A stretch of 63,005 nucleotides of DNA, the filler included, from Octopus bimaculoides (taxonomy: Eukaryota): NCBI RefSeq assembly GCF_001194135.2. It is 3 parts of 2 records of this genome, joined end to end, with 100 filler letters (N's around TTAATTAATTAA, not from the genome) between each part and the next. Parts side by side here need not be neighbours in the genome. Positions count along the whole stretch, not along the records: positions 1 to 31,643 come from NC_068988.1; 2 more parts are not named here. One strand, written 5' to 3'. Made by a program: the position numbers and the translations under genes. Below, piece by piece: positions 1 through 12,179 of the stretch (the stretch's first letter is position 1; each line of letters opens with the position of its first letter). The notes below the pieces were generated by a model. The model searched no databases, was not told the origin of the DNA, and saw only the letters and a program-made list of their open reading frames with translations.

Positions 1-248
1 GGAAAAAAGGTCGAACAGTCCACATGTGGTTACATTTTGGAATGACCGCAACCATGCTTGCATGTTCATGTGAATATTTTAAAATTTAGCCTTTTTTGCA
101 GCAAACTTAATTGAAAAGGGACGAGTGTTTTTTTTAGCACAGGGCCCAAAACTGACATTAAGTTATCTGCCATTTCTTTTGCAGCCTTTGCAAAGGTAGG
201 AGCTATACTTTTTATTCACCACCTGCTTTCACCATACTTGTTCACATT

Positions 249-285
<37 letters not shown>

Positions 286-287
<2 letters not shown>

Positions 288-1345
288 TCATCATCATCAT
301 TTAACATCCATTTTCCATGCTAGGTTGGATAGGACAGTTTGGCAGGAACTAGAAAGTCTGAAGACTGCACCAAGCTCTGCTGTCTGTTTTGGTTGGATGC
401 CCTTCCTACTGTCATCTGCTTTACAGAGTGCACTGAGTGCTTTTTATGTGGCACTAGCAGCAATGATGTCACCAAATAACTTGCTGGACAAGAACCCACA
501 ACTGGGGGGAGTAGTATTGAGGGACAGAAAAGGTGTTTTACCTTAGAAGAGAGACATAGCTACCTGTGATGGAGAGAAAGAGAGAGGAGAGAAACATGGT
601 ATAGGTGTGACAGAGAGGGGACAGAAGCCATACACCCAAGTTACAGGGAAGTGTACACAGTGAAGTAGGCCAGGAATTGAAGAGGATGGATAGATGGGTG
701 AGTTCACAAGATTTTGAAAGGTGAGTGAGAGCTAGAGGTAGGGGAGTGAAGGGATTTAACAGGGGCATATTGTGTGCAGTTAGATAAGTGTGAATTCATG
801 AGGATGGATGGGAGGAGAAACAGACGTGGTGAACGTGGGTGGATTGTAGGAGAGGGGAGTAGTCATAGACATATATTTTACTTTGCTGGGAGGGTCTTCT
901 GAAGCACAGCATATTTTCCACTTGTTTCAGTTCTTCATCATCTCCTCTGTGAAGTTCAACATCTGAAGATCATTTCTCATTACTGCATCCATGTCTTTCC
1001 GGGTCTTCCTCTTCCACAGGTTCTCCATTCATTTAGAGATTGGCATTTCTTCATGCAGTTATTCACATCCATATGCATAAAATGACCATACCTGTATGCT
1101 ACAACTGCTGCTTCTTAAACCAAATTTTCCTCTTCTCTTAAAACATGTAAACTCCATCATACCCATACACTGACATTGCACATCCAGTGGAGCATGCTGG
1201 CTTCATTTGTCCTCAGCAGTTGCAACCCATGTTTCACTGCCATGTAGCTGTCTATGCAGAAGCATCATACAGTCAGTCCAACCTGTTCTTATTCTAGCAA
1301 CTATACTTTCAGAGCAACTCCCACCATTGCTAATTTGATCACTTA
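286..1345 (-). mobile_element. RTE-clade LINE, decayed 3' part (RT C-terminus, 3' UTR, (GAT)n tail)
   Basis: Reverse complement of 930-1345 and 300-480 matches the 3' ends of the + strand RTE copies at 5560-6530 and 22800-23757; the (CAT)n at about 286-300 is the tail. Confidence 0.8.
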
Positions 1346-1575
1346 GGTAACAGAAGCACTCTACCCCCTCTAGGCTTCCACTCGATATTTAAGGAAAACT
1401 ATTTCCAGTACAGAAGTGATGTTTATTTCCACCTAAACACAGGTGTTCTATAAGAACAGACAATACTGCTATTTTAACCCCAGGAGGACGCTTCCTTCAG
1501 CTGGTTATCCCGTGTGCTTTGCACTCAATATATATTGCAAGCGGAGAGAGAACTCCCTCCTATTCTTGATTGGAA

Positions 1576-1624
1576 TCACTAAATCACATTATTTTGACCT
1601 CATTTTGGTCATCCTCAGTGATGA
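1576..1624 (-). ncRNA. Degenerate type I hammerhead ribozyme
   Basis: Minus strand: tcatca-CTGAGGA-T-GACC-aaaatga-GGTC-AAAA-TAATGTGA-TT-tagtga. GAAA is mutated to AAAA and stems I and III carry mismatches. Confidence 0.55.
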
Positions 1625-1761
1625 ATATACTGCTTTCATCTCCAATAGAGATTTTCTTAATGAACTAGTTTGCTAGTTGCAAAACCAGTGGCTGTGTGAC
1701 ACTGTTTTTTCTATTTATTGCAAGTTAGGATAAGCTGCTGCTGTGTTTAGTAGATGAGTAT

Positions 1762-1810
1762 CCATCACTGAGGATGACCAAAATGTGGTCGAAATCACAT
1801 GACCTGGTGG
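1762..1810 (+). ncRNA. Type I minimal hammerhead ribozyme, one core substitution
   Basis: ccatca-CTGAGGA-T-GACC-aaaatgt-GGTC-GAAA-TCACATGA-CC-tggtgg. Stem I ccatca/tggtgg, stem II GACC/GGTC, near-palindromic stem III; U16.1 is replaced by C. Confidence 0.7.
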
Positions 1811-1874
1811 TCTCCAAGTTAGAATAGCATGGAGTTTACTCATCTAGGCTAACACTCCTTCTTATTAATTGAAC

Positions 1875-3020
1875 TGCAACCATTTCTGTAACTTTTATGG
1901 CCTGATCCAGTAATTTAATACTTCTGTAATTACTTCTGTCTAAGGTATCACCTTTCCCTTAGTAGAAGTTGATGGGTATGATCCTTCCCTAGACAACCTT
2001 GACAACCTAATAAACCTGGGTAACTAGGCCATATCCCACTCCATTAGATATTTTAAGTATCTCAGCAATAATTCTTGATGGGCCAGGGGCTTTCTCAATT
2101 TTTATATCCTTAATTTCTTTATCTATCATGCTGTTGTCAGCTTGGATAAATGGTCCCTCTGTTGGGTCCACATTAGGTAGCCTCTCCTCTATGCATTCTT
2201 CACATTTAACAGCCTTTGGTAGTGATGTTTCCATGCCTCTTTCTTTGTTGAATTATTAAGTGAAAGGGAACACTCATCCACGCAAACACACTTCTCTCCT
2301 ACAACATCACTGTTTTCTCTGACATTATCTTGCAATCAGAACACTCCATACCTCTGGTTCTCACCCACAGAACATTGGTAAATTTCTTCCTTTCAGTTTC
2401 TCCCCTAGTTAAATATACCTGTCGCCTAGCTTTTCTTCTATCCACCTTGTTTAGTTCTCCACTACCCCAACACTATCAGTCCTTCCAGGCTTGTTACCCT
2501 GGCCTGGTTGGGGCTTCACATCAGTGACAGATTAGGTCTGTGGCTCTAAGTTAGTTAGTTGTCCCATAATAACTTACAATTGTCTCCTATGTTACATGTC
2601 TGTAACTCCTCCTCCTTCCGGTCAAATGCTTCAATTTGGCTATTTGAATGTCTCTAAATCTCTGACTATTCAAAAGATCCTTTCCATTCCAGTCTCGTTT
2701 ACTTCATGAAATCCTCCTGGTCCAAATTCTGAAGTCACTGATAACTAACCTATGTTGAGGAGTATGCACTTCACCTGGGAGCATGCACTTCTCCCACTTT
2801 CTAGTAAGAATGACCACCAGATCGATAGGTAACAAGCTGGTGTCTTGAAGCTGCTGTTGGAGATCATCAGGTTATTTGCATCATAGAACTCTAGTAGCCT
2901 AGTTCCCTCCTCATTACAAGAACCAGAGAAGTGTCCCTTTCTAGTGGTCACAGCTTTGTAGTCTCCATTCCAGCTGTCAATTAGTGGCTCGCATTGTCTC
3001 TGGCTTTGCCACATCTGCTT
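1875..3020 (-). mobile_element. RTE LINE fragment (AP-endonuclease C-terminus to RT N-terminus), decayed
   Basis: ORF 2745-3014 (CNEEGTRLLEFYDANNLMISNSSFK) and ORF 2007-2234 (LPNVDPTEGP..KAPGPS.IIAEILK) match the RTE at 3300-6530. Confidence 0.85.
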
Positions 3021-3299
3021 TAGCTAGGGAATAGGGCAGCTATAGTGTTTTGCCGTTCACGGTGCACCCTCCCATCTCACACCTGCCACCGATACTGGAA
3101 GTCTTTCTCCTGAGCACCTCTAATCGTTAACTATACATAAAGCTTTCCCCCTCTCTTCCCAATCCATCCCTGTCTAGTGTCTATCTCCCATTGAATGTAG
3201 TGATTATGAAGTAAATATAATGATGGTATACAGGTTGAAGCCTATTTGTTTACAAGATCTGCCAAATGCACATGCGAGCTTTCTTTTCAGTTACATAAT

Positions 3300-6200
3300 G
3301 CTGCTGTCCCTCATCCCAGGGTCTGATCTGCCCACACCTTCCACACCCTCAGAGTTGGCACACTTAATGTGGGCACATTGAAAGGTAGGTCTGGTGAGAT
3401 TGTTGAGATGCTTGAAGGGAGACATGTAGATTTGTGCTGCATCCAAAAAGTAAGGTGGAGAGGAAGTTCTGTTAGGTTCCTCATAGGTAAAGAATATAGA
3501 TATAAGATTTTCTGAGCAGGGAACGCTAATGGGGTTGTGGGCGTGGGTATACTTCTTGAGAAGAAATGGATTCATAACGTAATCGAGGTGGTCAGAATCT
3601 GTGATAGAATAATTAAGCAACATGGTTTAGCGACCATTATCTTGGCTTATGCCCCTCAGTCAGGGCTACATGATGAACAAACTCACCGTTTTATGACACC
3701 CTCTTGCAGACTACCGTGTCGACGAATGACAGGGACTTTCTCTTTATGGCTGGTCATTTCAACAAGCATGTTGGACTGCTGTCCAATATTCAGGGAGCTT
3801 CCATGGTGTGCATGGTAGCAATGGATTTGGTTCCTGCAATGAGGAGGGAACCAGGTTGCTGGAGTTTTGTGATGCAAACGATCTTATGATCTGTAATACT
3901 AACTTCAGGAAACCTGCCAGTCACCTTTTCACCTATCAGTATAGTGAACACACTAGTCAGATTGACTACATTCTCGTCAAGAGATGAGAAAGATGGCTAT
4001 TTATAAATACCAAAACTTTCCCAGGTGAAGAATGCACCCCACAACATAAGTTAGTTGTTAGTGACTTCATGATCAAGGCTAAATGGCTGCCCAGAAGATG
4101 ACCAGTGTGGAAAAGAAGGGTCTGGAAGCTTAAGGATCCTTTGAATGGACAGAGATTTAGAGACATATTACTTAAAGCTTGTGGAGGAAACTGGAGGTTC
4201 CTATAGGACAACCTGTNNNNNNNNNNTTACTTAAAGCTTGTGGAGGAAACTGGAGGTTCCTATAGGACAACCTGTTGAGGGCTACTGACCAGATCTGTGG
4301 CTGGTGCAAAGTCCCCTCTCGACCTAAGGTGACGTAGTGGTGGAACAATGTAGTTGACATGGCCATTAAGGAAAATAAACAGACATGGAAGGAATGGAAG
4401 TGTGCGGGTAGCAGGAAACTGTATCAGATTGCCAGAAGGGAAGCTAGGAGACAGGTTTACTTAGCCAAAGATGAAGCAGATAAGAAGAAATTTGCCAATG
4501 TTTGGCATCGTGAGGACCAGAGTCTCGAAGTGTTTTGTATTGCAAGACAGTGTGTGAGAGAAAATCATAATGTCATAGGAGAGAAATGTGTCCACACGAA
4601 TGATGGCTCACTTGCATTAAATGATGCTGCAAAGCGAGAGACTTGGAGATGCCACTATGAAAGGATACTAAATGAAGAGAATGAAGAGGAGAAAGAAAGT
4701 CTGCCAAATGGTGATCCAACAGAGGGACCAGCTATCCAAACTGACAGTACCTTGATAGGTAAAGGAATTAAGGGTATGAAAACAGGGAAATCCCTCAGCC
4801 CATCAGGAATCACTGCTGAAATGCTTAAAATATCTGGCAGTGTAGGCTATAGTCTAGTCATCTGTATAATTAGTCAGGTGACACATGAAGGAGTCATACC
4901 CAATGATTGATGTAGCAGCACTATAGTCAACTACTACAACAGTAAAGGTGACGCCGCAATAGAAATAATTACAGGAGTATCAGATTGTTGAATCAGGTGA
5001 TGAAAGTCGTGGGGGAGTCATAGCCCAAATAATTAGGGCAAGAATTAGTTTAGAAGTCAGGGTTAGGTAGAAGTCAGAGTTCACCAAGGACTGGTCCACA
5101 TCCCCCTCTTGTTCATCATAGTCCTCTAAGTAATAACAGTGGAATTCAAGACAGGCTTCCCCTGGGAGCTCCTCTATGATGATGACCTTGCTCTAATAGC
5201 TGACTACCAGAACTAAAGAAGTTTCAGGTGTGAAAGCAAGGTCTAGAATTGAAGGGTCTTAGTGTTAACCTAGCAAAGCCAAATGTGTTAGTAAGTAGGA
5301 AAGCAGACAAATCACAAATCCCTTCAGGTAGATGGCCCTGCTAAATCTGTAGACAAGGTGTAGGTAGAAACTCTATAAGATGTACCCAGCATAAGCTATG
5401 GACATATAAGAGGTGCAGCAATCTCAAAGGAAGGTTATCTGGGGAGATAGTCTTTGTTTGTAGCAGATGCATAAGTGCAATAAACACTAAAAATGTACAG
5501 AAAACAGATTCGATCACATACCAGGGGGAAAAACTAGAAGTAGTTAATAGCTTCCGTTACCTTGGTGACCAAGTCAGTAGCAAGGCTAGATGCTTTGAGA
5601 GCATTGAATAAGTATAGCCTGGGCGAAGTTCAGAGAGCTCCTAACTCTGCTGGTAACAAAAGGCCTTTTGCTCAGAGTGAAAGGTAGACTGTATGATGCC
5701 TGAGTGTGAACACCCATGCTACTCAGCAATGAAAATGGGCTGTGACTGCTGAAGACATGTGCAAGCTTGAAAGAAATGAAGCTAATATGCTCTGCTCGAT
5801 GTGTAATATGAGTTTGCATACACGATAGAGTATAAGTGCGCTGAGAGAAAAGTTGGATATAAGACACATCAGTAGTAGTGTGCATGAGAGATGACTGTAC
5901 TGGTATGGTTATGTGTTGTGTATGGAGGAAGACAGCTGTGTGAAGAAGTATCACACCCTAACAGTGGAGGGAACTCGTGGAAGAGGCATACCCAGGAAGA
6001 CATGGGATGAGGTGGTGAAGCATGACCTTCAAATGTTGGGCCTCAGAGGCAATGACAAGTGACCGAGACCTTTGGTGATATGCTTGCTTAAGAAGACCTG
6101 GCAAGCCAAGTGGGATTGTAGTCTTGGTCAATGCCAGTGTTGCGTAAATGACCTATTGAAAAACACCCTTTAATTATTGGGCAATATGCCATGCTTGTGC

Positions 6201-6530
6201 AGACCTGTTGAACCAGGTGAAGTTGTAGACATGGCCAACGCCAGTGCCACCTGACTGGCACCCATACTGGTGGCATGTAAAAAGCATCATTTGAGCATGC
6301 CTAGTGCCAGTACTGTCTGACTAGCCCCCTCCCCATGCTGGTGGCACGTAAAAGCACCCACTACACTCTAGGAGTGGTTGGCATTAGGAATGGCATCCAG
6401 CTTTAGAAACCTTGTCAAATCAGACTGGTGCCTGGTGTAGCTATCCCAGCTTGCCAGTTCTCAGTCAAACCGTTCAACCCATGCCAGCATGGAAAGTGGA
6501 AGTTAAACAATGATGACGAAGGTGATGATA
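3300..6530 (+). mobile_element. Near full-length RTE LINE (APE endonuclease + RT) disrupted by stops and frameshifts
   Basis: RVGTLNVGTLKGRSGEIVEML..RHVDLCCIQ from about 3355, AYAPQSG, NEEGTRLLEFCDANDL, SQIDYILV, YDDDL (YADD-type, about 5175), RT thumb, 3' UTR and (GAT)-rich tail at about 6510-6530. Confidence 0.9.
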
Positions 6531-8103
6531 TGTATATACATAAAACAATGCATATGAGAAATTCTTTGATGTTTCTTACAGAAATGAAAGACAGAAATTA
6601 AATGCACACCAACCAAGCAGAAGGTTAGATTAAATAAAATATTAGAAGAAAGATAATTGTAGTTGATAAAATCTAATGATTAAAGAATTTTAATTAAAAA
6701 TACTTGACTATAATTTTAGAGGTACAAAACAAATAAAATACATAAGTTTATTTGCTGATTCGTTTTGGACAGCAAAGTAGTAATTTCTTGGATTGTCATT
6801 ATGATTTTGGCATGGAATGTGATTTAGGCTGATGGGTGGTGTAGAATATAAAGTGAGGCTTACATAGAGATGTATATAAATTCATATACACATAAACACA
6901 TTGACACTCATATGCAAACACACACACACACACACACAAACTAATCCATTCACTGATACTCACACATACACATATTCCTACACTCAAACAAACCCATACA
7001 CATTCACACACAAACACACAGACACTCACTCATACATACATATATATTCATACACATGTATATTCATACACACATAAATATAAGCATACACACTTAGCAG
7101 CACACACCTGTATTTGCATCTTACCACAATCTGTCATTGGATTGCAAAATTATGGTTCAGTATGACAATTCTATTGAACCTAATTAGAAGAAAAATAAAA
7201 AGGTTTAGTGACTTAGTGACTCATAGATTCAGAATTGTCTATATTCCATTGATTAAATTTAGGTGGAATATTGTCAGAGTTGGTAGAACATTGAAAGACA
7301 TAGCTTAGTGTTATGTCCCTTTACAAAGTTAAAACCTCATTCATATCAACTTTGTTCTTCTCCTTCCACATTGATAACATAGTAAGTCTTGCTATAAACA
7401 AAATCTGAGATGAAACTCATATTCAATAAAGGGTGCAATATTTGGTACTGCAATAAAGAAATAGAAAATATCAAGGTTAAATTGCTTGTCCAAGTTTATC
7501 TCCTTTCCACCCACAAGTAATAAGGGATCTGAAAAAGTTATGGATGTTACCCTTCTTTTTCTGAATAATTCATGTTAATAGGTCATTACTAAGTTAATAT
7601 TAAAATTTGAAATATTGTGCATATGATCAATAATTTAGCAACTTAAGCTCTCAATCCTTATATTCTTTGTTGTTCAAAGAAGAATTTGAAGAAGAATATA
7701 ATTTTCTCTTATTAATCATAGGGATGGTGTTTACTGTTAAGTAATAATTAAATTATATTCCTGTAATTAGCCTTATATTAATTGATTGTCACTAAAATAA
7801 ATAAAACAAATTATGAGCTTGAGAATAAGGTATCTTCTGACTTAATAATCCTCAGTATATACTATATTTCCAGACCAATTATTCATTAGTATACTTCCTG
7901 GGCCCACAATCAAGTATAGTCTAGAAATCTTCCCACCAATAACAGCAATAATGCCAGCAGCTGCAACATTAGTGGTAGCAGCTATATCAGAAGCAACAAT
8001 GCTAAAAGTGTAATTACCATCTTTGTCATCAATATTTTCCTTTCAAATGTCTTACAATTTCTAAATTCTGATAAATTCTAATTGGATGGTGACCTCTCAT
8101 ATA

Positions 8104-8331
<228 letters not shown>

Positions 8332-8780
8332 CTGATGCCAATGACACATTATGGTAAATAAGGTGTTAACATTCAGTTAGTTTTCTAAGTGAGTATAGGA
8401 AAAAATCACATCAAAGGAACTGTCTTTTCCCTGTAATCTAGATAATTGCTTTGACGAACAATCTCTGAACTCAATTCCAATAGTCTGAAAGCAATTACAG
8501 ACTAAATTATTAATGATCTCAATAATCGGGCAGACATATCTTTTAAAGTATGTAAACATATTAACATATTGGTTCCACATTCTCAATGTACTTTACTTAG
8601 CTTACATACAGATTCATCCAGCAGAAATTATTTACAGTCAGCTTCTTGTTGTTTAGCCCCAATTTAGGCATTTTTGAATAGACCCATGGTTAAAGATGCT
8701 GCAATAGCGACAATTCTATGTAAATGGCATGTGAAAATACCTATTTAGTACATTTTTCATGCTATAAATAAAATAGAGAG

Positions 8781-8834
<54 letters not shown>

Positions 8835-9559
8835 NNNNNNNNNNNNNNNNNNNNNNNNNNNNNNNNNNNNNNNNNNNNNNNNNNNNNNNNNNNNNNNNNN
8901 NNNNNNNNNNNNNNNNNNNNNNNNNNNNNNNNNNNNNNNNNNNNNNNNNNNNNNNNNNNNNNNNNNNNNNNNNNNNNNNNNNNNNNNNNNNNNNNNNNNN
9001 NNNNNNNNNNNNNNNNNNNNNNNNNNNNNNNNNNNNNNNNNNNNNNNNNNNNNNNNNNNNNNNNNNNNNNNNNNNNNNNNNNNNNNNNNNNNNNNNNNNN
9101 NNNNNNNNNNNNNNNNNNNNNNNNNNNNNNNNNNNNNNNNNNNNNNNNNNNNNNNNNNNNNNNNNNNNNNNNNNNNNNNNNNNNNNNNNNNNNNNNNNNN
9201 NNNNNNNNNNNNNNNNNNNNNNNNNNNNNNNNNNNNNNNNNNNNNNNNNNNNNNNNNNNNNNNNNNNNNNNNNNNNNNNNNNNNNNNNNNNNNNNNAACA
9301 AAAAGAAAGTAAAGAAAAAGTGGGAGAGGGAGACATAAAGCATAGGTAAGGAAGACAGAGTAAGTGTAAAATGTAAAATGCTTTTTTTTTCTTAAACATG
9401 AGATATAGTTTCAAATATAGAATGTTTTTGAAAGACACTATTTTATAATGAAATTATATATACTTTCTCACACAACAATTAAAATATATTTATTTTAAAT
9501 CATTTATTTATTTTAAATCGTTCATCTTTCTCCTCCCCTCTCACTCACACACACACACA

Positions 9560-10301
9560 TATACTACTTTAGGAGCGAAAGAGTTTTGTTTATATTTCAC
9601 GCTGAAGAAAAAAGTTTATTGACAATACATTTATTTAACAACAATGAAACAATGAGGTATGTAACAATTTGTCAGTAAATTACACAATATAAATGGGTAA
9701 AATTTCCAAGGCTTCCACCACCCCAATCCGTTTTTTGGACCACAAAAAGGGTTTGGTAATTTTTCAGATTAATACCTGCACGATTTCCACTAGGGTGTTA
9801 GGGTTAGGGTTTTAGGGTCAGGGTTAGGATTAGGGTTAAGGTTAGGGTTACGGTTAGTGTTAGGGTTAGGGTTAGGATTAGGGTTGGTGTTAAGGTTACA
9901 GTTTTAGGGTCAGGGTTAGGGTTTTAGGGTTATGGTTTAGGGTTAGAGTTAGAGTTAACCTAGAAGGGACAGGCTCCTTATTTTTTGGTTAAGGTTATTG
10001 GTAAGTTTTCCTAAGCTACTCCAATCCAGATCCCCAATGCAAACCTTCAGATCAACCTTCTCCTATGCAGATCTCTAATGCAACTTTAAAAAAAAAACAG
10101 TCAATGAGTGGAAATAACCAATAAACTGATTCCTTATGGGATTTCCCAATCAAATTGCCAGCAAACCATTTTCAGCCAAACCAATTTCAACGGATTTCGC
10201 TCAAATCTGATGTCGATGTTACTTATTTTGGTTTGAAATAAAGCACTTGATTACTTAATAATCCTAGCTTAATCCCAGGCAGCGCCGGGCTATACTGCTA
10301 G
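9560..10301 (+). mobile_element. Non-autonomous Helitron-like element with an internal telomere-like array
   Basis: The 3' end has a GC hairpin (cccaggc-agc-gccggg, 10274-10289) 8 nt before CTAG (10298-10301), followed by T. The 5' boundary is uncertain. Confidence 0.6.
9791..9957. repeat. Degenerate interstitial (TTAGGG)n array
   Basis: About 25 variant units (ttaggg, ttttaggg, tcaggg, ttagag). Confidence 0.9.
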
Positions 10302-10319
10302 TATATAGATATATGCATA

Positions 10320-10560
10320 TATGGTACAGGACGTCACAAAACGTAAACAACATGAAATACGAAAACAAACTTTTTTTGCTAACAACGAGAGAAACAAAAG
10401 GAATACAAGACAAGTAATATAAAGAACGACCCTTCGTCAGTTGTTGGCTGTTTATCTACTCCACATTTTGAGAAATTCATGACAATATGTGCCTTTGAGA
10501 AAACAGTTGCTCCTGCAAATCAAAATAAAATTTGGGATTTTGCAGAGGGTTAAAGTTGGT
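10320..10560. repeat. Dispersed repeat family X, copy 1 (other copies 11680-11880 and 24470-24770)
   Basis: Shared atatg(g)gtacag.acgtcacaaaa..aaacaacatgaaatacga...cccttcgtcagttg...atctactcc.catt...gacaatatg. Confidence 0.8.
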
Positions 10561-11039
10561 AACAAAAATGACAGTGAAACAAATAGTGATGGCTGTTAAT
10601 CCAGAGGGAGTAAAGTAGCGAATGATGAAGAACATTCTTTGACAAGAGAAAAGATAGGAGAGGAGACAGACAAGAATATATCTGTTCTGTGCAACGGACT
10701 GGAAAAAGAGAAAAATGAATACGTGTGAAAAAAAAGATGGACGATGGTCACGTGTAAGTAATGAGAGAGTAAAGAAGGAAGAGGGAGAGACAGAGACAGA
10801 GAGAGGGACAGATAGAAAATGGTGAAGTGGAGAAAAAAGAATTAGAGAAAAGATGAGAAGGAAAAAAACGAAAGGGACAGAAGAGGAGAAAAATGAATTA
10901 GAGAAAGGAAGAGAGAAAAAACGAAAGGGGAGTGAGAGAGAGGGAGAACAGTACAGAGGAGAGTGCAACAAAATTATTAAGATAAACTTACTTGGAAATG
11001 GATGTGTGGTGTTCAATCATATAATATATATATATATAT

Positions 11040-11395
11040 ATGTTAATTCTCTAAATGAGGTATTAATACCTCATTTAGAGAATTAACATTGCTTGTTTTC
11101 ACTTTTTCGATATCAGTGAATAATTTCACTGGAAAAAGATACATAAGGTTTGCCAAGAATTATCTTTCTCATCGCAGATCGGTGGCTATCGGACGCTGAC
11201 GAAGGGAAATAACCCTGAAATCCGGGTCCGTTCGTGCTACAGATCACGATGAGAGGGATAACTTCCCTTGGCAAAACAAACAGGACACAGAAGTGTGTCG
11301 ATAAGCCAGCTGGAGGAGATGTCCTCCTGGGGCTAAAAGCAACAGTAACATCCACCCCTAGGGGTCAGCCACATTTAAGTGGCAATATACTTCAC
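11040..11395 (+). mobile_element. Hammerhead-bearing repeat, copy 2 (starts at a perfect palindrome, cut by an N gap)
   Basis: 50-bp perfect palindrome 11040-11089, intact hammerhead 11190-11234, shared motif 11306-11337 and hairpins to 11395. Confidence 0.75.
11190..11234 (+). ncRNA. Intact type I minimal hammerhead ribozyme; predicted cleavage 3' of C11228
   Basis: cggacg-CTGACGA-AGGG-aaataa-CCCT-GAAA-T-CCGG-G-TC-cgttcg. All core residues are present; stem I is 6 bp, stem II 4 bp, and the stem III loop CCGG is palindromic with a GUC cleavage triplet. Confidence 0.85.
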
Positions 11396-11601
11396 NNNNN
11401 NNNNNNNNNNNNNNNNNNNNNNNNNNNNNNNNNNNNNNNNNNNNNNNNNNNNNNNNNNNNNNNNNNNNNNNNNNNNNNNNNNNNNNNNNNNNNNNNNNNN
11501 NNNNNNNNNNNNNNNNNNNNNNNNNNNNNNNNNNNNNNNNNNNNNNNNNNNNNNNNNNNNNNNNNNNNNNNNNNNNNNNNNNNNNNNNNNNNNNNNNNNN
11601 N

Positions 11602-11632
<31 letters not shown>

Positions 11633-11679
11633 AGGCATATGTACATACAGATATATATATATGTATATATATGCATATA

Positions 11680-11880
11680 TGGGTACAGAACGTCACAAAA
11701 TGTAAACAACATGAAATACGAAGACAAACATTTTTTGCGAACGAGAGAAACTAATGGAAAACAAGACAAGTAGTATAAAGAACAACTCTTCATCAGTTGT
11801 TGGCTGTTTATCTACTCCACATTTCAAGCAATTCAAGACAATATGTACCTTCGAGAAAACAGTTGCTTTTGCTACTGAAT
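11680..11880. repeat. Dispersed repeat family X, copy 2
   Basis: Aligns by eye with 10320-10520. Confidence 0.8.
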
Positions 11881-12037
11881 ATATAGTAATAACAAGGATT
11901 TTTAGATGGAAATTCATAAATCCTTTCCACAATCCTTTTCATGCTTTATTCATTGTATACATATATATATCGTTTGTAGAAAACATAAATCTGGAGAAGA
12001 GACGCAGTCTAAGATGTAGAGCAGTATATATTTTTTA

Positions 12038-12159
12038 CTAGGGAAGGCCGGTTTATGGGATTACTTTGGGTTTCCTGTTCATAAAGTTAAATATGCCATA
12101 AAGTTAAACCCTTTATGGACGGGAAACCCAGGGTAATCCCATAAACCAGCCTTCCTCAG
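12038..12159. mobile_element. 122-bp MITE with about 49-bp TIRs and TA target duplication (Tc1/mariner type)
   Basis: TA|CTAGGGAAGGCCGGTTTATGGGATTAC... and ...GTAATCCCATAAACCAGCCTTCCTCAG|TA are near-perfect inverted repeats. Confidence 0.8.
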
Positions 12160-12179
12160 TAATACACACACACATATAT

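Larger units (their letters stand above)
1380..1870. mobile_element. Non-coding hammerhead-bearing repeat, two copies in inverted (divergent) orientation
   Basis: About 1545-1640 (-) and about 1755-1850 (+) are inverted copies (catcactgaggatgaccaaaatg.ggtc). The minus copy continues with the CCAGCTG..GGA..TCCTCCTGGGGTTAAA motif shared with 11306-11337 and 34580-34610. Confidence 0.7.

Noticed and set aside
1490-1504. HDV-like ribozyme reading of the CCAGCTG..TCCTCCTGGGG motif (also 11306-11337)
   Set aside because: I could not build P1/P2/P4 and the J4/2 cytosine in the required order; kept only as a conserved motif.
4168-4275. Short tandem duplication inside the RTE (similar case at about 47787-47856)
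   Set aside because: The copies straddle a 10-N gap; assembly artefact.
7930-8040. Minus-strand NIDDKDGNYTFSIVASD resembling a cadherin repeat
   Set aside because: Short, lacks the following DxG motif and convincing splice sites; the plus strand is low-complexity.
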